Source: Candidatus Hypereutrophica brisbanensis
Lineage (GTDB): Bacteria > Pseudomonadota > Alphaproteobacteria > Pelagibacterales > Pelagibacteraceae
Reading direction: 5' to 3'
Assembly: GCA_038147375.2 (NCBI GenBank)
Contig: JAYQTL020000005.1
Location: 10,218 to 74,217, forward strand
Length of the DNA stretch: 64,000 bases
Part shown: in pieces, positions 1 through 10,733 of the stretch
Numbering within the stretch: position 1 is the stretch's first letter
Layout of the letters: every line of letters begins with the position of its first letter
Notes under the pieces: generated by a model
Told to the model about the DNA's origin: nothing
Seen by the model: only the letters and a program-made list of their open reading frames with translations
Databases searched by the model: none
Position numbers and translations under genes: made by a program

Positions 1-79
1 CGGCAGCTCTTAAACCTGACCCACCAGCTCCAAGAACTACAACATCGTATTCATGATCTATAATTTTATAAGCACTCAT
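1..79 (-). CDS. sdhA: Succinate dehydrogenase flavoprotein subunit, 5' end only (runs off window)
   Basis: Manual translation from ATG at 79: MSAYKIIDHEYDVVVLGAGGSGLRAA (FAD-binding GxGxxG); follows sdhC-sdhD with a TAATG overlap. Confidence 0.93.
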   Translation of the reverse strand, partial: MSAYKIIDHEYDVVVLGAGGSGLRAA

Positions 80-405
80 TAATTTAATTTATATATACTT
101 AAAATTGTTATTACTGGAACTATTATAGCAAACAAATAAAAAGCTCTAGTTGCTAAATTTTTCAATTTTTCGTTGTGAATATAATCTTCAAATATTTCAC
201 TTATTGTTATTGCAAAGAATAGATAAGCAAATATTAAAAATGAAGAAAATAAGCATGCATTTGGCACGCTTGTAAAAAAGTTTACTACTGAACTATAGCC
301 TTGATCATAAACGGATACTAAACTTGTGATCGTCCACAACATTAATGGAATTAGAGCAATCGAACTAATTTTAAGAACTATCCATTTTTTTGTAGCGTGA
401 TTCAT
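79..405 (-). CDS. sdhD: Succinate dehydrogenase hydrophobic membrane anchor
   Basis: Hydrophobic ~108 aa with W..K.SSIALIPL and EDYIH motifs, between sdhC and sdhA; start moved to ATG 405 (MNHATKKW). Confidence 0.88.
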   Translation of the reverse strand: MNHATKKWIVLKISSIALIPLMLWTITSLVSVYDQGYSSVVNFFTSVPNACLFSSFLIFAYLFFAITISEIFEDYIHNEKLKNLATRAFYLFAIIVPVITILSIYKLN

Positions 406-406
406 A

Positions 407-790
407 TTAAATAAAATTCTTTCCAATTAAAAAAATAACTATCGCTAATACAAATGAACCAACAATTGTTATAACGCCTGTTATCCTTGATGTTTTTAAA
501 TCGTAACCAAATCCAATGTCCCAAAGTAAATGCCTAAGTTCATTTAATACGTGAAAACTAAATGACCAACTTAATCCAACCATAATAAATTTACCAAAAA
601 ATGATTGAAGAAATGTATTCACCATTCCGTAATACTGTTCACCACACATTAAAAAAATAACAAAAAAACTAATTAATGTTATTGCAGCAATATTTACTAC
701 TCCTACTATTCTGTGAGTGATTGATAGCAAAGATGAAATTTGCCACTTATAAATTTGTAAGTGAGGTGATAATGGATTTTTTTCGTACAT
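407..790 (-). CDS. sdhC: Succinate dehydrogenase cytochrome b556 subunit
   Basis: PLSPHLQIY, SITHRI and RHLLWD motifs; likely start ATG 790. Confidence 0.93.
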   Translation of the reverse strand: MYEKNPLSPHLQIYKWQISSLLSITHRIVGVVNIAAITLISFFVIFLMCGEQYYGMVNTFLQSFFGKFIMVGLSWSFSFHVLNELRHLLWDIGFGYDLKTSRITGVITIVGSFVLAIVIFLIGKNFI

Positions 791-791
791 A

Positions 792-1796
792 TTATCTAAT
801 GTACTTTTTAACCAAAACTTCTGCAATTTGAACTGTATTTAATGCTGCACCCTTTAATAAATTGTCAGATACAACCCATAAATTTATAGCTTTTTTATTA
901 GAATTATCTTTTCTTATTCTAGAAATATAAGTCAAATAACTTCCTTCGGCTTCATACGGTGTCGAATAACCTCCATCTTTTCTAGTATCAATCACTTTAC
1001 AGCCTGGGGCTTTTTTTAAAATCTGAACTACTTTTTTTAAACTATATGGTTTTGCAAATTCAATATTAACTGACTCCGAATGTGATGTTCTAACAGGAAC
1101 CCTAACACAAGTTGCTGTCATTTTAATATTTGGATCTAGAATTTTTTTTGTTTCATTTTCCATTTTTAATTCCTCTTTTGTGTAACCATCTTTGTCAAAC
1201 TTATCGATGTGAGGGATTAAGTTGAAAGCAATTTGTTTTGTAAAATGTTTTGATTTTACTTTTTTACCTTTTAAAAAGTTTTTTGTTTGACTAAACAATT
1301 CATCCATTGGTGCTTTACCAGCTCCAGAAACTGCTTGATAAGTTGATGCAACTACTCTTCTAATTTTAAATTTGTCATGTAATGGTTTCAAGGCAACAAC
1401 AAGCTGTGCAGTAGAACAGTTAGGATTAGCTATAATGTTTCTTTTTTTATAAATTTTTAAAGCATCTGCATTAACTTCTGGAACAACTAAACAAACATCT
1501 TTTTCCATTCTAAAGTGTTTAGAGTTATCAATCACCACAGTATGTTTTGCTGCAATAGGCGCCCATTTAGCTGCCATTACACTTCCAGCTGCAAAAAAAG
1601 TTATTTTAGCTTTTGAAAAATCATAATTTTCTAAAGCTTCAACCGTAATAGTTTTATTTTTAAATTTAATTTTTTTTCCGGCACTTTTTTTTGAAGCTAC
1701 TAGAAATAATTTATCTATTTTTAATTTTGATTTTTCTAAAATATCTATAGTTTTTCTGCCAACATTTCCTGTAGCGCCTACAATTGCAAAATTCAT
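792..1796 (-). CDS. asd: Aspartate-semialdehyde dehydrogenase
   Basis: GATGNVG, NPNCST, STYQAVSGAG, DNLLKGAALN motifs. Confidence 0.97.
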   Translation of the reverse strand: MNFAIVGATGNVGRKTIDILEKSKLKIDKLFLVASKKSAGKKIKFKNKTITVEALENYDFSKAKITFFAAGSVMAAKWAPIAAKHTVVIDNSKHFRMEKDVCLVVPEVNADALKIYKKRNIIANPNCSTAQLVVALKPLHDKFKIRRVVASTYQAVSGAGKAPMDELFSQTKNFLKGKKVKSKHFTKQIAFNLIPHIDKFDKDGYTKEELKMENETKKILDPNIKMTATCVRVPVRTSHSESVNIEFAKPYSLKKVVQILKKAPGCKVIDTRKDGGYSTPYEAEGSYLTYISRIRKDNSNKKAINLWVVSDNLLKGAALNTVQIAEVLVKKYIR

Positions 1797-1798
1797 AA

Positions 1799-2905
1799 TT
1801 ATTTCAGTTTACTTATGATGGCATCTCCCATGACTCTTGTGCCAACCTCTTTTTTTCCTGCAGACATAATGTCTTTAGTTCTTAATCCGTCATCTAAAAC
1901 TTGTTGTACAGCAGAGTCTAGTAGATCTGCTTCGGCATCTAAGTCCAAAGAATATCTTAGTGCCATTGAAAAGCTTAAGATACTTGCAATTGGATTTGCA
2001 ATATTTTTTCCAGCAATATCAGGTGCTGAACCATGAATTGGCTCATACATTGATCGCATTTTTCCATTTTTATCTTTTGCTCCAAGAGAAGCTGAAGGTA
2101 ATAAACCAAGAGAACCAGTTAACATTGCTGCTTCATCAGATAAAATATCACCAAACAAGTTATCAGTTACAATAACATCAAACTGTTTAGGTTCTCTTAA
2201 TAACTGCATAGCGCAATTATCAGCCAACATATGTTTTAATTCTACTGTTTTAAATTCTTTATCTCTTAAAGCCTGAACTTCTTCTTTCCATAAAAGCCCT
2301 GCTTCCATTACGTTAGATTTTTCGCAAGAGGTTACTAAATTTTTTCTTTTCTTAGCTAATTCAAATGCAACACGAGCCACTCTATGTATTTCATTTGTTG
2401 TGTATGTATGAGTATTAACTCCTTTTCTTTCACCATTTTCAATCGGAGATATTCCTCTAGGCTCACCAAAATATATTCCTCCTGTTAGCTCTCTTACAAT
2501 CATAATATCTAAGCCAGAAACTATTTCTGGTTTTAAAGAAGAAGCATCTACTAATTGTTTAAAGCAAATAGCAGGTCTTAGATTTGCAAATAATTTTAAT
2601 TCTTTTCTTAATTTCAGTAATGCTCTTTCAGGTCTTTTTGAAAACTCTAAATTATCCCATTTAGGGCCACCCACTGCTCCTAACATTACAGCTTCACTTT
2701 CTAAAGCTTTATAAAAAACTTCATCCGTGATCGGTGTTTTGATATTTTCGTAAGAAGCTCCACCAACTAAAGCTTCTTCTATTTCAAAGTCTAAAGATTT
2801 ATTTTTATTGAACCATTCAACTATCTTTCTTACTTCTGCGATAACTTCAGGTCCAATTCCATCACCAGGTAATAATAATAGCTTTCTTTTTTTAACTTTA
2901 ATCAT
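1799..2905 (-). CDS. leuB: 3-isopropylmalate dehydrogenase
   Basis: [29 protein letters not shown]. Confidence 0.97.
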   Translation of the reverse strand: MIKVKKRKLLLLPGDGIGPEVIAEVRKIVEWFNKNKSLDFEIEEALVGGASYENIKTPITDEVFYKALESEAVMLGAVGGPKWDNLEFSKRPERALLKLRKELKLFANLRPAICFKQLVDASSLKPEIVSGLDIMIVRELTGGIYFGEPRGISPIENGERKGVNTHTYTTNEIHRVARVAFELAKKRKNLVTSCEKSNVMEAGLLWKEEVQALRDKEFKTVELKHMLADNCAMQLLREPKQFDVIVTDNLFGDILSDEAAMLTGSLGLLPSASLGAKDKNGKMRSMYEPIHGSAPDIAGKNIANPIASILSFSMALRYSLDLDAEADLLDSAVQQVLDDGLRTKDIMSAGKKEVGTRVMGDAIISKLK

Positions 2906-3506
2906 TAGCTGTTAACCATGGTTTAGATTGTTTAATTTTATCTTCATAAGAATTAATGCTTGGAGCTTTTTCTAACGATAAACCAATGTCATCTATTCCT
3001 TCCATTAAACATTTCTTTTTAAAACTATCTAATTCAAATTTTACAGATTTATTTCCATAAACAATTTCTTGCTCTTCAATTTTAATTTCTATCTCAGATC
3101 CTCTTTTTGCGTATTCAGCTAATTCTTGGATTGTTTTTTCATCCATGATGATTGGCAAAATTCCATTCTTAAAGCAGTTGTTATAAAAAATATCAGCATA
3201 GCTTGGACTGATCACGCATTTGATACCAAAATCAAGTAAAGCCCAAGGAGCGTGTTCTCTAGATGAACCACAACCAAAGTTTTTACCAGCTAAAAGGATT
3301 TTAGATTTATTGTATGGTTCTTTATTTAATACAAAGTCTTTAATTAAATTTCCTTTTTCATCATATCTCATTTCGTAAAATAAATTTTTTCCTAAACCAG
3401 TTCTTTTAATTGTTTTAAGAAACTGTTTTGGAATTAACATATCTGTATCTATGTTCATTAAAGGTAAATGAGCTGGGATACTTTTTAAATCTTTAAACTT
3501 TTCCAT
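2898..3506 (-). CDS. leuD: 3-isopropylmalate dehydratase small subunit
   Basis: [24 protein letters not shown]. Confidence 0.97.
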   Translation of the reverse strand: MEKFKDLKSIPAHLPLMNIDTDMLIPKQFLKTIKRTGLGKNLFYEMRYDEKGNLIKDFVLNKEPYNKSKILLAGKNFGCGSSREHAPWALLDFGIKCVISPSYADIFYNNCFKNGILPIIMDEKTIQELAEYAKRGSEIEIKIEEQEIVYGNKSVKFELDSFKKKCLMEGIDDIGLSLEKAPSINSYEDKIKQSKPWLTAND

Positions 3507-4906
3507 TATTGAAATTTCCTAACATCAGTTAAATGTCCATCAATTGCTGCTGCAGCTGCCATCGCTGGACTAACAAGATGAGTTCTTCCTCCACGACCTT
3601 GTCTTCCTTCAAAATTTCTATTTGATGTGGAAGCGCATCTTTCTTTTGGATTTAACTTATCTGCATTCATTGCTAAACACATCGAACAACCAGGTTCTCT
3701 CCATTCAAAACCTGCTTCAATAAAAATTTTATCTAAACCTTCTTTTTCTGCTTGTTCTTTAACCAAACCTGAACCAGGAACTACCATTGCACTAACAGTT
3801 TTAGAAACTTTTTTACCTTTAGCTATTTTTGCAGCATTTCTAAGGTCTTCAATTCTACCATTGGTACAGCTTCCGATAAAAACTTTATCAATTTTAATTT
3901 CTGAAATCTTTTTATTAGCCTCTAATCCCATATATTCTAGAGATCTTTTCATTGCAGATTTTCTTTCTTCATCCTTTTCTTTTTCTGGATCAGGTACATT
4001 TCCAGTAACCGAAGCAACATCTTGCGGTGAAGTTCCCCAAGTAACTAATGGTTCTATTTCACTTCCATTGATAGTTACTTCTTTGTCAAATTTTGCATCT
4101 TTGTCTGAATATAAAGTCTTCCAAAAAGCTAAGGCTTTATCCCAATTATCGCCTTTCGGTGATTTTGGTTTTCCTTTTAAATAATTAAATGTTTTCTCAT
4201 CTGGAGCAATTAAACCTGCTCTAGCGCCGCCTTCGATGGTCATATTGCAAACTGTCATTCTTTCTTCCATTGAAAGATCACGTATAACATCGCCAGCAAA
4301 TTCAATAACATAACCAGTTCCACCAGCAGTACCGATCGTTCCAATAATTTTTAAAATTACATCTTTAGCGGTTACACCGATTGGTAATTTACCATTTACA
4401 TTCACTCTAAAATTTTTTGATTTTTTTTGAATTAGTGTTTGTGTTGCTAAAACATGTTCTACTTCTGAAGTACCAATCCCAAAAGCTAAAGCACCAAATG
4501 CACCGTGCGTAGCTGTATGACTGTCTCCACAAACTATAACCGTACCTGGTTGAGTAAATCCTTGTTCTGGTCCTATGATATGAACAATTCCTTGTCTTTT
4601 GTCATTCATATCAAAAAGCTCAACTGCAAATTCTTTACAATTATCTCGTAAGGTATCTACCTGTATTCTAGACTCTTCGTCTGCAATTCCTTTTGATCGA
4701 TCAGTAGTTGGAACATTATGGTCTGCAACTGCAAGGGTTAAATCAGGTCTACGTACTTTTCTTTTGTTCATTCTTAGCCCTTCAAAAGCTTGAGGACTTG
4801 TAACTTCATGAACTAAATGTCTATCAACATATAAAAGCTCAGTACCATCGCTTTGTTGATGGACCATATGATCTTCCCAGATCTTGTCGTATAGCGTTTT
4901 TGCCAT
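3506..4906 (-). CDS. leuC: 3-isopropylmalate dehydratase large subunit
   Basis: [31 protein letters not shown]; start reassigned to MAKTLY (ATG 4906). Confidence 0.97.
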   Translation of the reverse strand: MAKTLYDKIWEDHMVHQQSDGTELLYVDRHLVHEVTSPQAFEGLRMNKRKVRRPDLTLAVADHNVPTTDRSKGIADEESRIQVDTLRDNCKEFAVELFDMNDKRQGIVHIIGPEQGFTQPGTVIVCGDSHTATHGAFGALAFGIGTSEVEHVLATQTLIQKKSKNFRVNVNGKLPIGVTAKDVILKIIGTIGTAGGTGYVIEFAGDVIRDLSMEERMTVCNMTIEGGARAGLIAPDEKTFNYLKGKPKSPKGDNWDKALAFWKTLYSDKDAKFDKEVTINGSEIEPLVTWGTSPQDVASVTGNVPDPEKEKDEERKSAMKRSLEYMGLEANKKISEIKIDKVFIGSCTNGRIEDLRNAAKIAKGKKVSKTVSAMVVPGSGLVKEQAEKEGLDKIFIEAGFEWREPGCSMCLAMNADKLNPKERCASTSNRNFEGRQGRGGRTHLVSPAMAAAAAIDGHLTDVRKFQ

Positions 4907-4913
4907 GTAAGGT

Positions 4914-5384
4914 TTATTTTTTATCTTTGCTCTCTGCTTTTGCTTCTTTAGCAGGCTCTTCTGCAGGAGTTTCAATTTCTGCTGGCTCTTCGACAGGTTT
5001 TGTAATTATATCAATACCAATTTTCTTTTTAATTTTTTCTGCAATTCTTGCTGATTTACCAGTTCGATCTCTAAGATAATATAATTTTGCTCTTCTAACT
5101 TTACCTGATCTAATCACTTTAATGGAGTCTACAACAGGGCTGTATAGTGCAAAAGTTCGCTCTACACCTTCTCCAAAAGAAATTTTTCTAACAGTAAAAG
5201 ATGAATTAATATCTCTATTTTTTTTGGCAATACAAACACCTTCAAAATATTGAATTCTTTCTTTTTTTCCTTCAATAATTTTAACACCGACTTTAATCGT
5301 GTCTCCCGGTCCAAAATCCGTAATTTTCTTGCTAGCAAGTATTTTTGCTACTGCTGCTTTATTTATGTCTTCTATATTTTTCAT
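4914..5384 (-). CDS. rplS: 50S ribosomal protein L19 with Glu/Pro/Ala-rich C-terminal tail
   Basis: [20 protein letters not shown]. Confidence 0.97.
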   Translation of the reverse strand: MKNIEDINKAAVAKILASKKITDFGPGDTIKVGVKIIEGKKERIQYFEGVCIAKKNRDINSSFTVRKISFGEGVERTFALYSPVVDSIKVIRSGKVRRAKLYYLRDRTGKSARIAEKIKKKIGIDIITKPVEEPAEIETPAEEPAKEAKAESKDKK

Positions 5385-6082
5385 TTTTTGACTTTTTTAA
5401 TGTACTTCTGCCATAAATCTGGTCTTAGGCGACGTGTTATAGCCTCAGATTGAGATAAACGCCAGTCTTTAATTTTAGCATGATCGCCTGATAAAAGTAC
5501 CTCTGGAGGCCCTTTTTTTTCCCATTTTTGTGGCTTTGTGTACTGAGGATATTCAAGCAAATTATTCTCAAAACTTTCCTCTTTTATCGAAAGCTTATTT
5601 CCTAATACTCCTGGCAATAATCTTATAATCGCATCTAGGAAAACAAAGGAAGCTGTCTCGCCACCAGATAAAATATAATCTCCTAAACTTATTTCCTCTA
5701 TATTTCTTGTGTCTAACAACCTTTGATCAATCCCTTCAAAATGACCACAAATAACATTTAGATGATTTAGTTTACTAAATTTTTTTGCAATTTTTTGATC
5801 AAATTGTTTTCCTCTAGGTGAAAGATAAATAGTTTTCGATTTTTCTTTTTTTTTTATATTTTTATCTAAAGCGTCAGCAACAACATCTGGCTTGATAATC
5901 ATGCCATTACCTCCTCCATAAGGAGTATCATCAACGGTCTTATGTTTATCTTTCGCGTAGTCTCTAATGTTAATTATATCTAAAGAAAAAATTTTTTTAT
6001 TTATAGCCTTCTTGTAAAGACCCATACCCAATGGGCCAGGAAACATATCTGGATAAAGTGAAAAAATCTTTATGTTTAACAT
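5381..6082 (-). CDS. trmD: tRNA (guanine-N1)-methyltransferase
   Basis: [38 protein letters not shown]. Confidence 0.97.
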   Translation of the reverse strand: MLNIKIFSLYPDMFPGPLGMGLYKKAINKKIFSLDIINIRDYAKDKHKTVDDTPYGGGNGMIIKPDVVADALDKNIKKKEKSKTIYLSPRGKQFDQKIAKKFSKLNHLNVICGHFEGIDQRLLDTRNIEEISLGDYILSGGETASFVFLDAIIRLLPGVLGNKLSIKEESFENNLLEYPQYTKPQKWEKKGPPEVLLSGDHAKIKDWRLSQSEAITRRLRPDLWQKYIKKVKK

Positions 6083-6096
6083 TAGAGCTCAATGCG

Positions 6097-6541
6097 TTAT
6101 TTTTTTTCCTCTTCTTTAGGAGCGTCTGCTTTTGGAGCTTCTGCTGCCTTAGGTGCTTCTGCTTTAGGAGCGTCTGTCTGCTTTCGGAGCTTCTGCTGCC
6201 TTAGGTGCATCGCCTTTAGGTGCAGCTTCTTCCTTTTTATTTCTTTCTTTTTTTGGAATAGCTTTTTGAGGATTATTTCCAGCTTTAGGCATTGGCATAA
6301 TTTGTGCTTCACCTAATATTCTTGAAACTCTCAATGTTGGTTTTGCGCCTTTGCTCAACCAGTATTTAACTCTATCAGCTTCAACTGATATTCTTTCCTT
6401 TTTTTCTTTTGGCAATAGAGGATTAAAGATTCCAATTTTTTCTACAAATCTTCCATCTCTTGGTGCTCTGCTGTCAGCGATTACGATTTTATAAATGGGA
6501 CGCTTTCTTACTCCTCCCATAGATAGTCTTATTTTTAACAT
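6097..6541 (-). CDS. rpsP: 30S ribosomal protein S16 with repetitive APK/AE tail; apparent 4-bp duplication frameshift at ~6172-6179
   Basis: MLKIRL..GG....P.Y.IV.ADSRAPRDGRFVE; removing one AGAC copy joins ORFs 6164..6541 and 6097..6312 into ...APKADAPKAEAPKAAEAPKADAPKEEEKK*. Confidence 0.93.
6116..6222 (-). repeat. Coding tandem repeat (~48-bp unit, about 2 copies; APKAAEAPKADAPKAE) in rpsP tail
   Basis: GCACCTAAGGCAGCAGAAGCTCC(G/A)AAAGCAGAC occurs twice on the minus strand. Confidence 0.85.
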
Positions 6542-6551
6542 ATGTTTCCTT

Positions 6552-7910
6552 TCATTTTAGTTGATTAAGTATTTCATCGGGAATAGCACCAGATGAAAGT
6601 GGGTTTGATTTACCTTTAGACATTTTTTTCATCATGTCTGTCATCATTTTGAACTGTTTTAACAATTTATTAATTGTTGAAATATCAGCTCCGGATCCAG
6701 CGGCTATTCGTTTTTTTCTGGAACCGTTTATTACTCTCGGGTCTTCTCTTTCTTTTTTTGTCATTGAAAGAATAATTGCTTCATTTGTACTAATTATTTT
6801 TTCATCAATTGAAGCATTTTCCATTTGTTGCTTAATTTTACTTACGCCTGGCAGTAAAGATAAAACACCTTCCATGCCTCCCATTTTTTTCATTTGTCTT
6901 AACTGCGCAAGATAATCATCAAGTGTAAATAATCCTTTTTTAAATTGTTCTTCTGCTTTTTTAATATTCTCTTGATCTAGTCCCTCAGCAGCTTTCTCCA
7001 CTAAAGAAACTATGTCTCCCATGCCCAGAATTCGATTAGCTATTCGATCTGGATGAAATAATTCAAAATCTTCTATTTTCTCTCCAACACCAATATATTT
7101 TATTGGCTTGTTGGTCATGTGCTTCATGCTTAAAGCTGCACCGCCACGACCATCACCGTCAACTCTTGTTAAAATAATGCTAGAAATATTTACTGCTGCA
7201 TCAAATTCTTTCGCAACATTAGCCGCTATCTGACCTGTAAGTGAGTCAGCAACTAAAATTGTTTCTGTAGGTTTAAGTAATTCTTTAATTTGTTTGATCT
7301 CATTCATCATCATAAGATCAATTTGTGTACGACCTGCTGTATCAAAAATAATTACATCTGAACCATTTAATGATGCAGCATTCAAAGCTCTCTTAGTTAT
7401 GTCTAATGGCTGTTGTCCTGCTATAACAGGTAAATGACCAATCTTGTTAGTCTCAGCTAAAATTCTAAGCTGTTCTTGTGCGGCAGGCCTATAAACGTCT
7501 AAACTAACTAAAAAAACTTTCTTACTATGTTTGCTTTCAATTAATTTAGCTAACTTAGCTGCACTTGTTGTTTTACCAGAACCCTGTAAGCCAACCAGCA
7601 TTATACAAGCTGGAGGAACAGCATTTAGGTTTAATTCTTGGTTTTTATCTCCTAGAAATTTTACTAATTCGTCATAGACAATTTTAACCAACATCTGACC
7701 AGGAGATGTGGATCTAATGATTTCTTGGCCAATGGCTTTAGGTTTAATTTGATCTATGAACTCTTTAACAACAGGTAAAGCTACGTCGGCTTCTAATAAA
7801 GCTAGACGTATTTCTTTTAAGCCACTATCTACCTGTTCTTCATTTAATGAAGGGGCTTTTTTAAGTTTAGAAAATATACTTTCTAATTTATTTGTTAAGT
7901 TTTCAAACAT
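6552..7910 (-). CDS. ffh: Signal recognition particle protein
   Basis: MFENL start, GLQGSGKTT, DTAGR, RILGMGD, M domain. Confidence 0.97.
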   Translation of the reverse strand: MFENLTNKLESIFSKLKKAPSLNEEQVDSGLKEIRLALLEADVALPVVKEFIDQIKPKAIGQEIIRSTSPGQMLVKIVYDELVKFLGDKNQELNLNAVPPACIMLVGLQGSGKTTSAAKLAKLIESKHSKKVFLVSLDVYRPAAQEQLRILAETNKIGHLPVIAGQQPLDITKRALNAASLNGSDVIIFDTAGRTQIDLMMMNEIKQIKELLKPTETILVADSLTGQIAANVAKEFDAAVNISSIILTRVDGDGRGGAALSMKHMTNKPIKYIGVGEKIEDFELFHPDRIANRILGMGDIVSLVEKAAEGLDQENIKKAEEQFKKGLFTLDDYLAQLRQMKKMGGMEGVLSLLPGVSKIKQQMENASIDEKIISTNEAIILSMTKKEREDPRVINGSRKKRIAAGSGADISTINKLLKQFKMMTDMMKKMSKGKSNPLSSGAIPDEILNQLK

Positions 7911-7934
7911 TTTACAATCACGCAACAGCAATCG

Positions 7935-8023
7935 CACTAGTGGGCGAACCCTCGCTGACTAGTGTCGATCCTCTTATTTCTAAGAGCACCGCAAAAACAC
8001 ATGTAATTGCGGAAAGATCGGCA
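7935..8023 (-). ncRNA. ffh leader RNA (bulged hairpin) plus upstream multi-stem element
   Basis: GC-rich island in AT-rich DNA directly upstream of ffh; minus strand ACACUAGUCAGCGAGGGUUCGCCCACUAGUG folds as a bulged hairpin like the ffh motif described in Pelagibacter/alphaproteobacteria (recalled, not searched). Confidence 0.75.
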
Positions 8024-8074
8024 AGCTACAATTTGGGGTTTTAAATGTCAATGAATAATTATACTAATCCAATT

Positions 8075-8902
8075 ATGGCAACTATTACGGCTTTTAGAAT
8101 GGATGGATTAGGTAATGATTTTTTAATCATAGACCGTAGAGAAAAAAATATTCATTTTTCAAAAGAAAAAATTATTGAATTAGCAGATAGAAAAAAAATT
8201 GGATTTGATCAAATTATTTTCTTAGAAAAAGAAGAAGATAATACGACTCCTATATTAATTTTTAACTCAGACGGAAATGAAGTTGCTGCCTGTGGTAACG
8301 GCACACGATGTGTAAGTTATTTGCTGGGTAAAGAAAAAAATTTAAACAATATTTTACTAAAAACTACAGAGAGAACACTAGACACTGAAATTGTAGGAAA
8401 TTTAACAGTAAGGGTTAATATGGGAAAACCTTTATTTGATTGGAATCAAATCCCACTCTCAAAAAAATTAGATCATAAAAATATAAATATTGAAATTATT
8501 GATACTAAAAATAACAAATTCAACAAAGGCTTTGCACTTAATGTAGGTAATCCTCATCTAATCTTTTTTGTAAAAAATTGCTTCGATTTTAATTTAAGAG
8601 AATTAGGTCCTAAACTTGAACATAACGAACTTTTTCCTGAGCAATGCAATGTTACTTTGGCTCAGGTAGTAGATAAAAATAATATCACAGTTAATGTTTG
8701 GGAGAGAGGTGCTGGACTAACAAAAGCATGTGGAACTGCAGCTTGCGCAACCGCGGTGGCTAGTTTTTTAAAAAATTTAACCGAGCGTAATTGTAATATT
8801 AAATTTAAAGAAGGTATTTTAAATATTAATTTTGATGAAAATGAAAATATTTATATGACAGGCCCTGTGTCAGACATCAAAAAAATTGATATAAATATAT
8901 AA
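8075..8902 (+). CDS. dapF: Diaminopimelate epimerase
   Basis: GLGNDF, CGNGTRC, NVGNPH, ERGAGLTKACGT; start at ATG 8075 or upstream ATG 8045. Confidence 0.95.
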   Translation: MATITAFRMDGLGNDFLIIDRREKNIHFSKEKIIELADRKKIGFDQIIFLEKEEDNTTPILIFNSDGNEVAACGNGTRCVSYLLGKEKNLNNILLKTTERTLDTEIVGNLTVRVNMGKPLFDWNQIPLSKKLDHKNINIEIIDTKNNKFNKGFALNVGNPHLIFFVKNCFDFNLRELGPKLEHNELFPEQCNVTLAQVVDKNNITVNVWERGAGLTKACGTAACATAVASFLKNLTERNCNIKFKEGILNINFDENENIYMTGPVSDIKKIDINI

Positions 8903-8903
8903 C

Positions 8904-9821
8904 ATGGGACTTCTTGATAAATTCAAAGCAGGCTTAAGCCGTAGTTCGCAGAATTTATCTTCTGGTATTAAAAATATTTTTTCCAAAAAAACAATTGATG
9001 ACAGTATTCTAGATCAATTTGAAGAATTACTCATTAGTGCAGATACTGGTATCGAGACAGCTACGGAACTTAAAAAAGAATTCGAAAAATTTAAAATTGA
9101 TAAAAATATTCAAAATGCAAATGAAGTCATAGAAATTCTATCAAAAAAAGTTTCGGAATTTTTATTGCCTTACCAAAAAGATTTACTTTCTTTATATTCT
9201 ACAAAACCTACAATTATGATTATCTCAGGAGTAAACGGCGTAGGTAAAACAACTACCATTGGTAAATTAGGTAAATTTTTTAAAGATCAAAATAAAAAAG
9301 TGCTACTAGGCGCAGCAGACACTTTTCGAGCTGCAGCTATTGACCAACTTGAGCTTTGGTCAAAGAAGATAAGTTCTGAAATTATTAAATCTGAACCTGG
9401 AAGTGATCCTGCTTCTGTTGCTTATAAAACAGCTGAGTTTGCTAAGAATAATAATATTGATATCGCAATGATCGATACTGCGGGAAGAATGCAGAATAAA
9501 AAAAACTTAATGGATGAATATAAAAAAATTTTTAATGTGCTAAAAAAAATTGATCCTGAATATCCAAATGAAACTATTCTAATTTTAGATGCAACTACGG
9601 GACAAAATGCTTTAAATCAAGTTGAAGAATTTAGTAAAATTCAAAAAATTACTGGTTTGGTCATTACTAAATTAGATAGCACTGCTAAAGGTGGGATTGT
9701 TTTAGCAATATGTAAAAAATTTAAATTACCAATATTAGCTGTGGGAATGGGTGAAAAAGAAGATGATCTGCACCCTTTTAATGCAGATATGTTTGCAAAA
9801 AGCTTATTACAGTCTAGTTAA
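8904..9821 (+). CDS. ftsY: SRP receptor FtsY (NG domain only)
   Basis: GVNGVGKTTTIGKL, DTFRAAA, DTAGR, TKLDSTAKGG. Confidence 0.97.
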   Translation: MGLLDKFKAGLSRSSQNLSSGIKNIFSKKTIDDSILDQFEELLISADTGIETATELKKEFEKFKIDKNIQNANEVIEILSKKVSEFLLPYQKDLLSLYSTKPTIMIISGVNGVGKTTTIGKLGKFFKDQNKKVLLGAADTFRAAAIDQLELWSKKISSEIIKSEPGSDPASVAYKTAEFAKNNNIDIAMIDTAGRMQNKKNLMDEYKKIFNVLKKIDPEYPNETILILDATTGQNALNQVEEFSKIQKITGLVITKLDSTAKGGIVLAICKKFKLPILAVGMGEKEDDLHPFNADMFAKSLLQSS

Positions 9822-10718
9822 TTTTATTTTTCTTTTTACCAAATACATTCCAAGAAATACTAAAGCAGCTCCATAGTAATGGTACTCTCTAAGTTCTTCT
9901 CCAAAAAGGAATATGCCATAAAAAGCACCGTAAACCGTAAATATATATAAAGTGAAACCTGTTACAGAAGCGCCTAAATATTTTTGTGTTTGAGCATAGA
10001 GAGCAAATGCAATTAATCCTGGAGAAACCGCTGCAAAGATTGTCCAAAAATAAAATTTATCATTGTAAATAACTTTGCTTACATAAATATTTTCTAATAC
10101 AGAAAAAGGTAATAAAGAAAGCGCTCCAAAAAAAGCAATTATTGTAAATCTATGAAACAGTTTAAAATTACTTTTCCAGTTTAATAAAAAAACTGCATAT
10201 AAAGCCCAACCCATGGCAGCACCTAACATCCATAAGTCTCCACTGGTAAATTCTAAATTAATTAATAAATTTAAATCACCTTTTATAATAATTGAAATAA
10301 CGCCAAGAAAACAAAATAATAATCCTAATAACTGTGATTTGCTTAGTCTTTCATTAAAAAAAATTGAAGAAATTAAAATAATAAATATAGGTGAGGAAGT
10401 ATAAATAATTCCCATATTGGTAACCGTCGTTGTTTGGCCAGCCAAAAAAGGGAAAGCGCCACAAACTCCACAACCCATAGCGCCTAAAAAAAATAATTTT
10501 TTATATTCTTTTTTTAAATATTTTAAATTTTTTAAAATAGGTTTGTAGGTAAAAAATAAAAGTATCAAAAAAGCAATAGCCCAACGCCAGAAAGCTAAAG
10601 ATATTGGAGGAACATATTGAACACCTGCTCTTGCAACAATTAGATTACTCGCCATAAAAATTGGCTGTACAAATAAAAGGATATAGCCAACAAATAAATT
10701 GTTACTTATGTTTTTCAC
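9807..10718 (-). CDS. DMT/EamA family transporter
   Basis: ~10 hydrophobic segments with duplicated EamA pattern (PPISLAFWRW, FFNERLS, GDLWML, LFGEEL). Confidence 0.88.
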   Translation of the reverse strand: MKNISNNLFVGYILLFVQPIFMASNLIVARAGVQYVPPISLAFWRWAIAFLILLFFTYKPILKNLKYLKKEYKKLFFLGAMGCGVCGAFPFLAGQTTTVTNMGIIYTSSPIFIILISSIFFNERLSKSQLLGLLFCFLGVISIIIKGDLNLLINLEFTSGDLWMLGAAMGWALYAVFLLNWKSNFKLFHRFTIIAFFGALSLLPFSVLENIYVSKVIYNDKFYFWTIFAAVSPGLIAFALYAQTQKYLGASVTGFTLYIFTVYGAFYGIFLFGEELREYHYYGAALVFLGMYLVKRKIKLTRL

Positions 10719-10733
10719 TTTTGAAATTAAAGA

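Noticed and set aside
3627-4184. 185-aa antisense ORF inside leuC, and many similar 60-140 aa antisense ORFs (in leuB, ffh, glcD, tsaD, ppdK, hslU)
   Set aside because: Shadows of well-conserved genes on the opposite strand; Ser/Phe/Leu-rich, no motifs or RBS
6097-6312. Separate 71-aa ORF ending in APK repeats
   Set aside because: It is the out-of-frame tail of rpsP created by the 4-bp duplication
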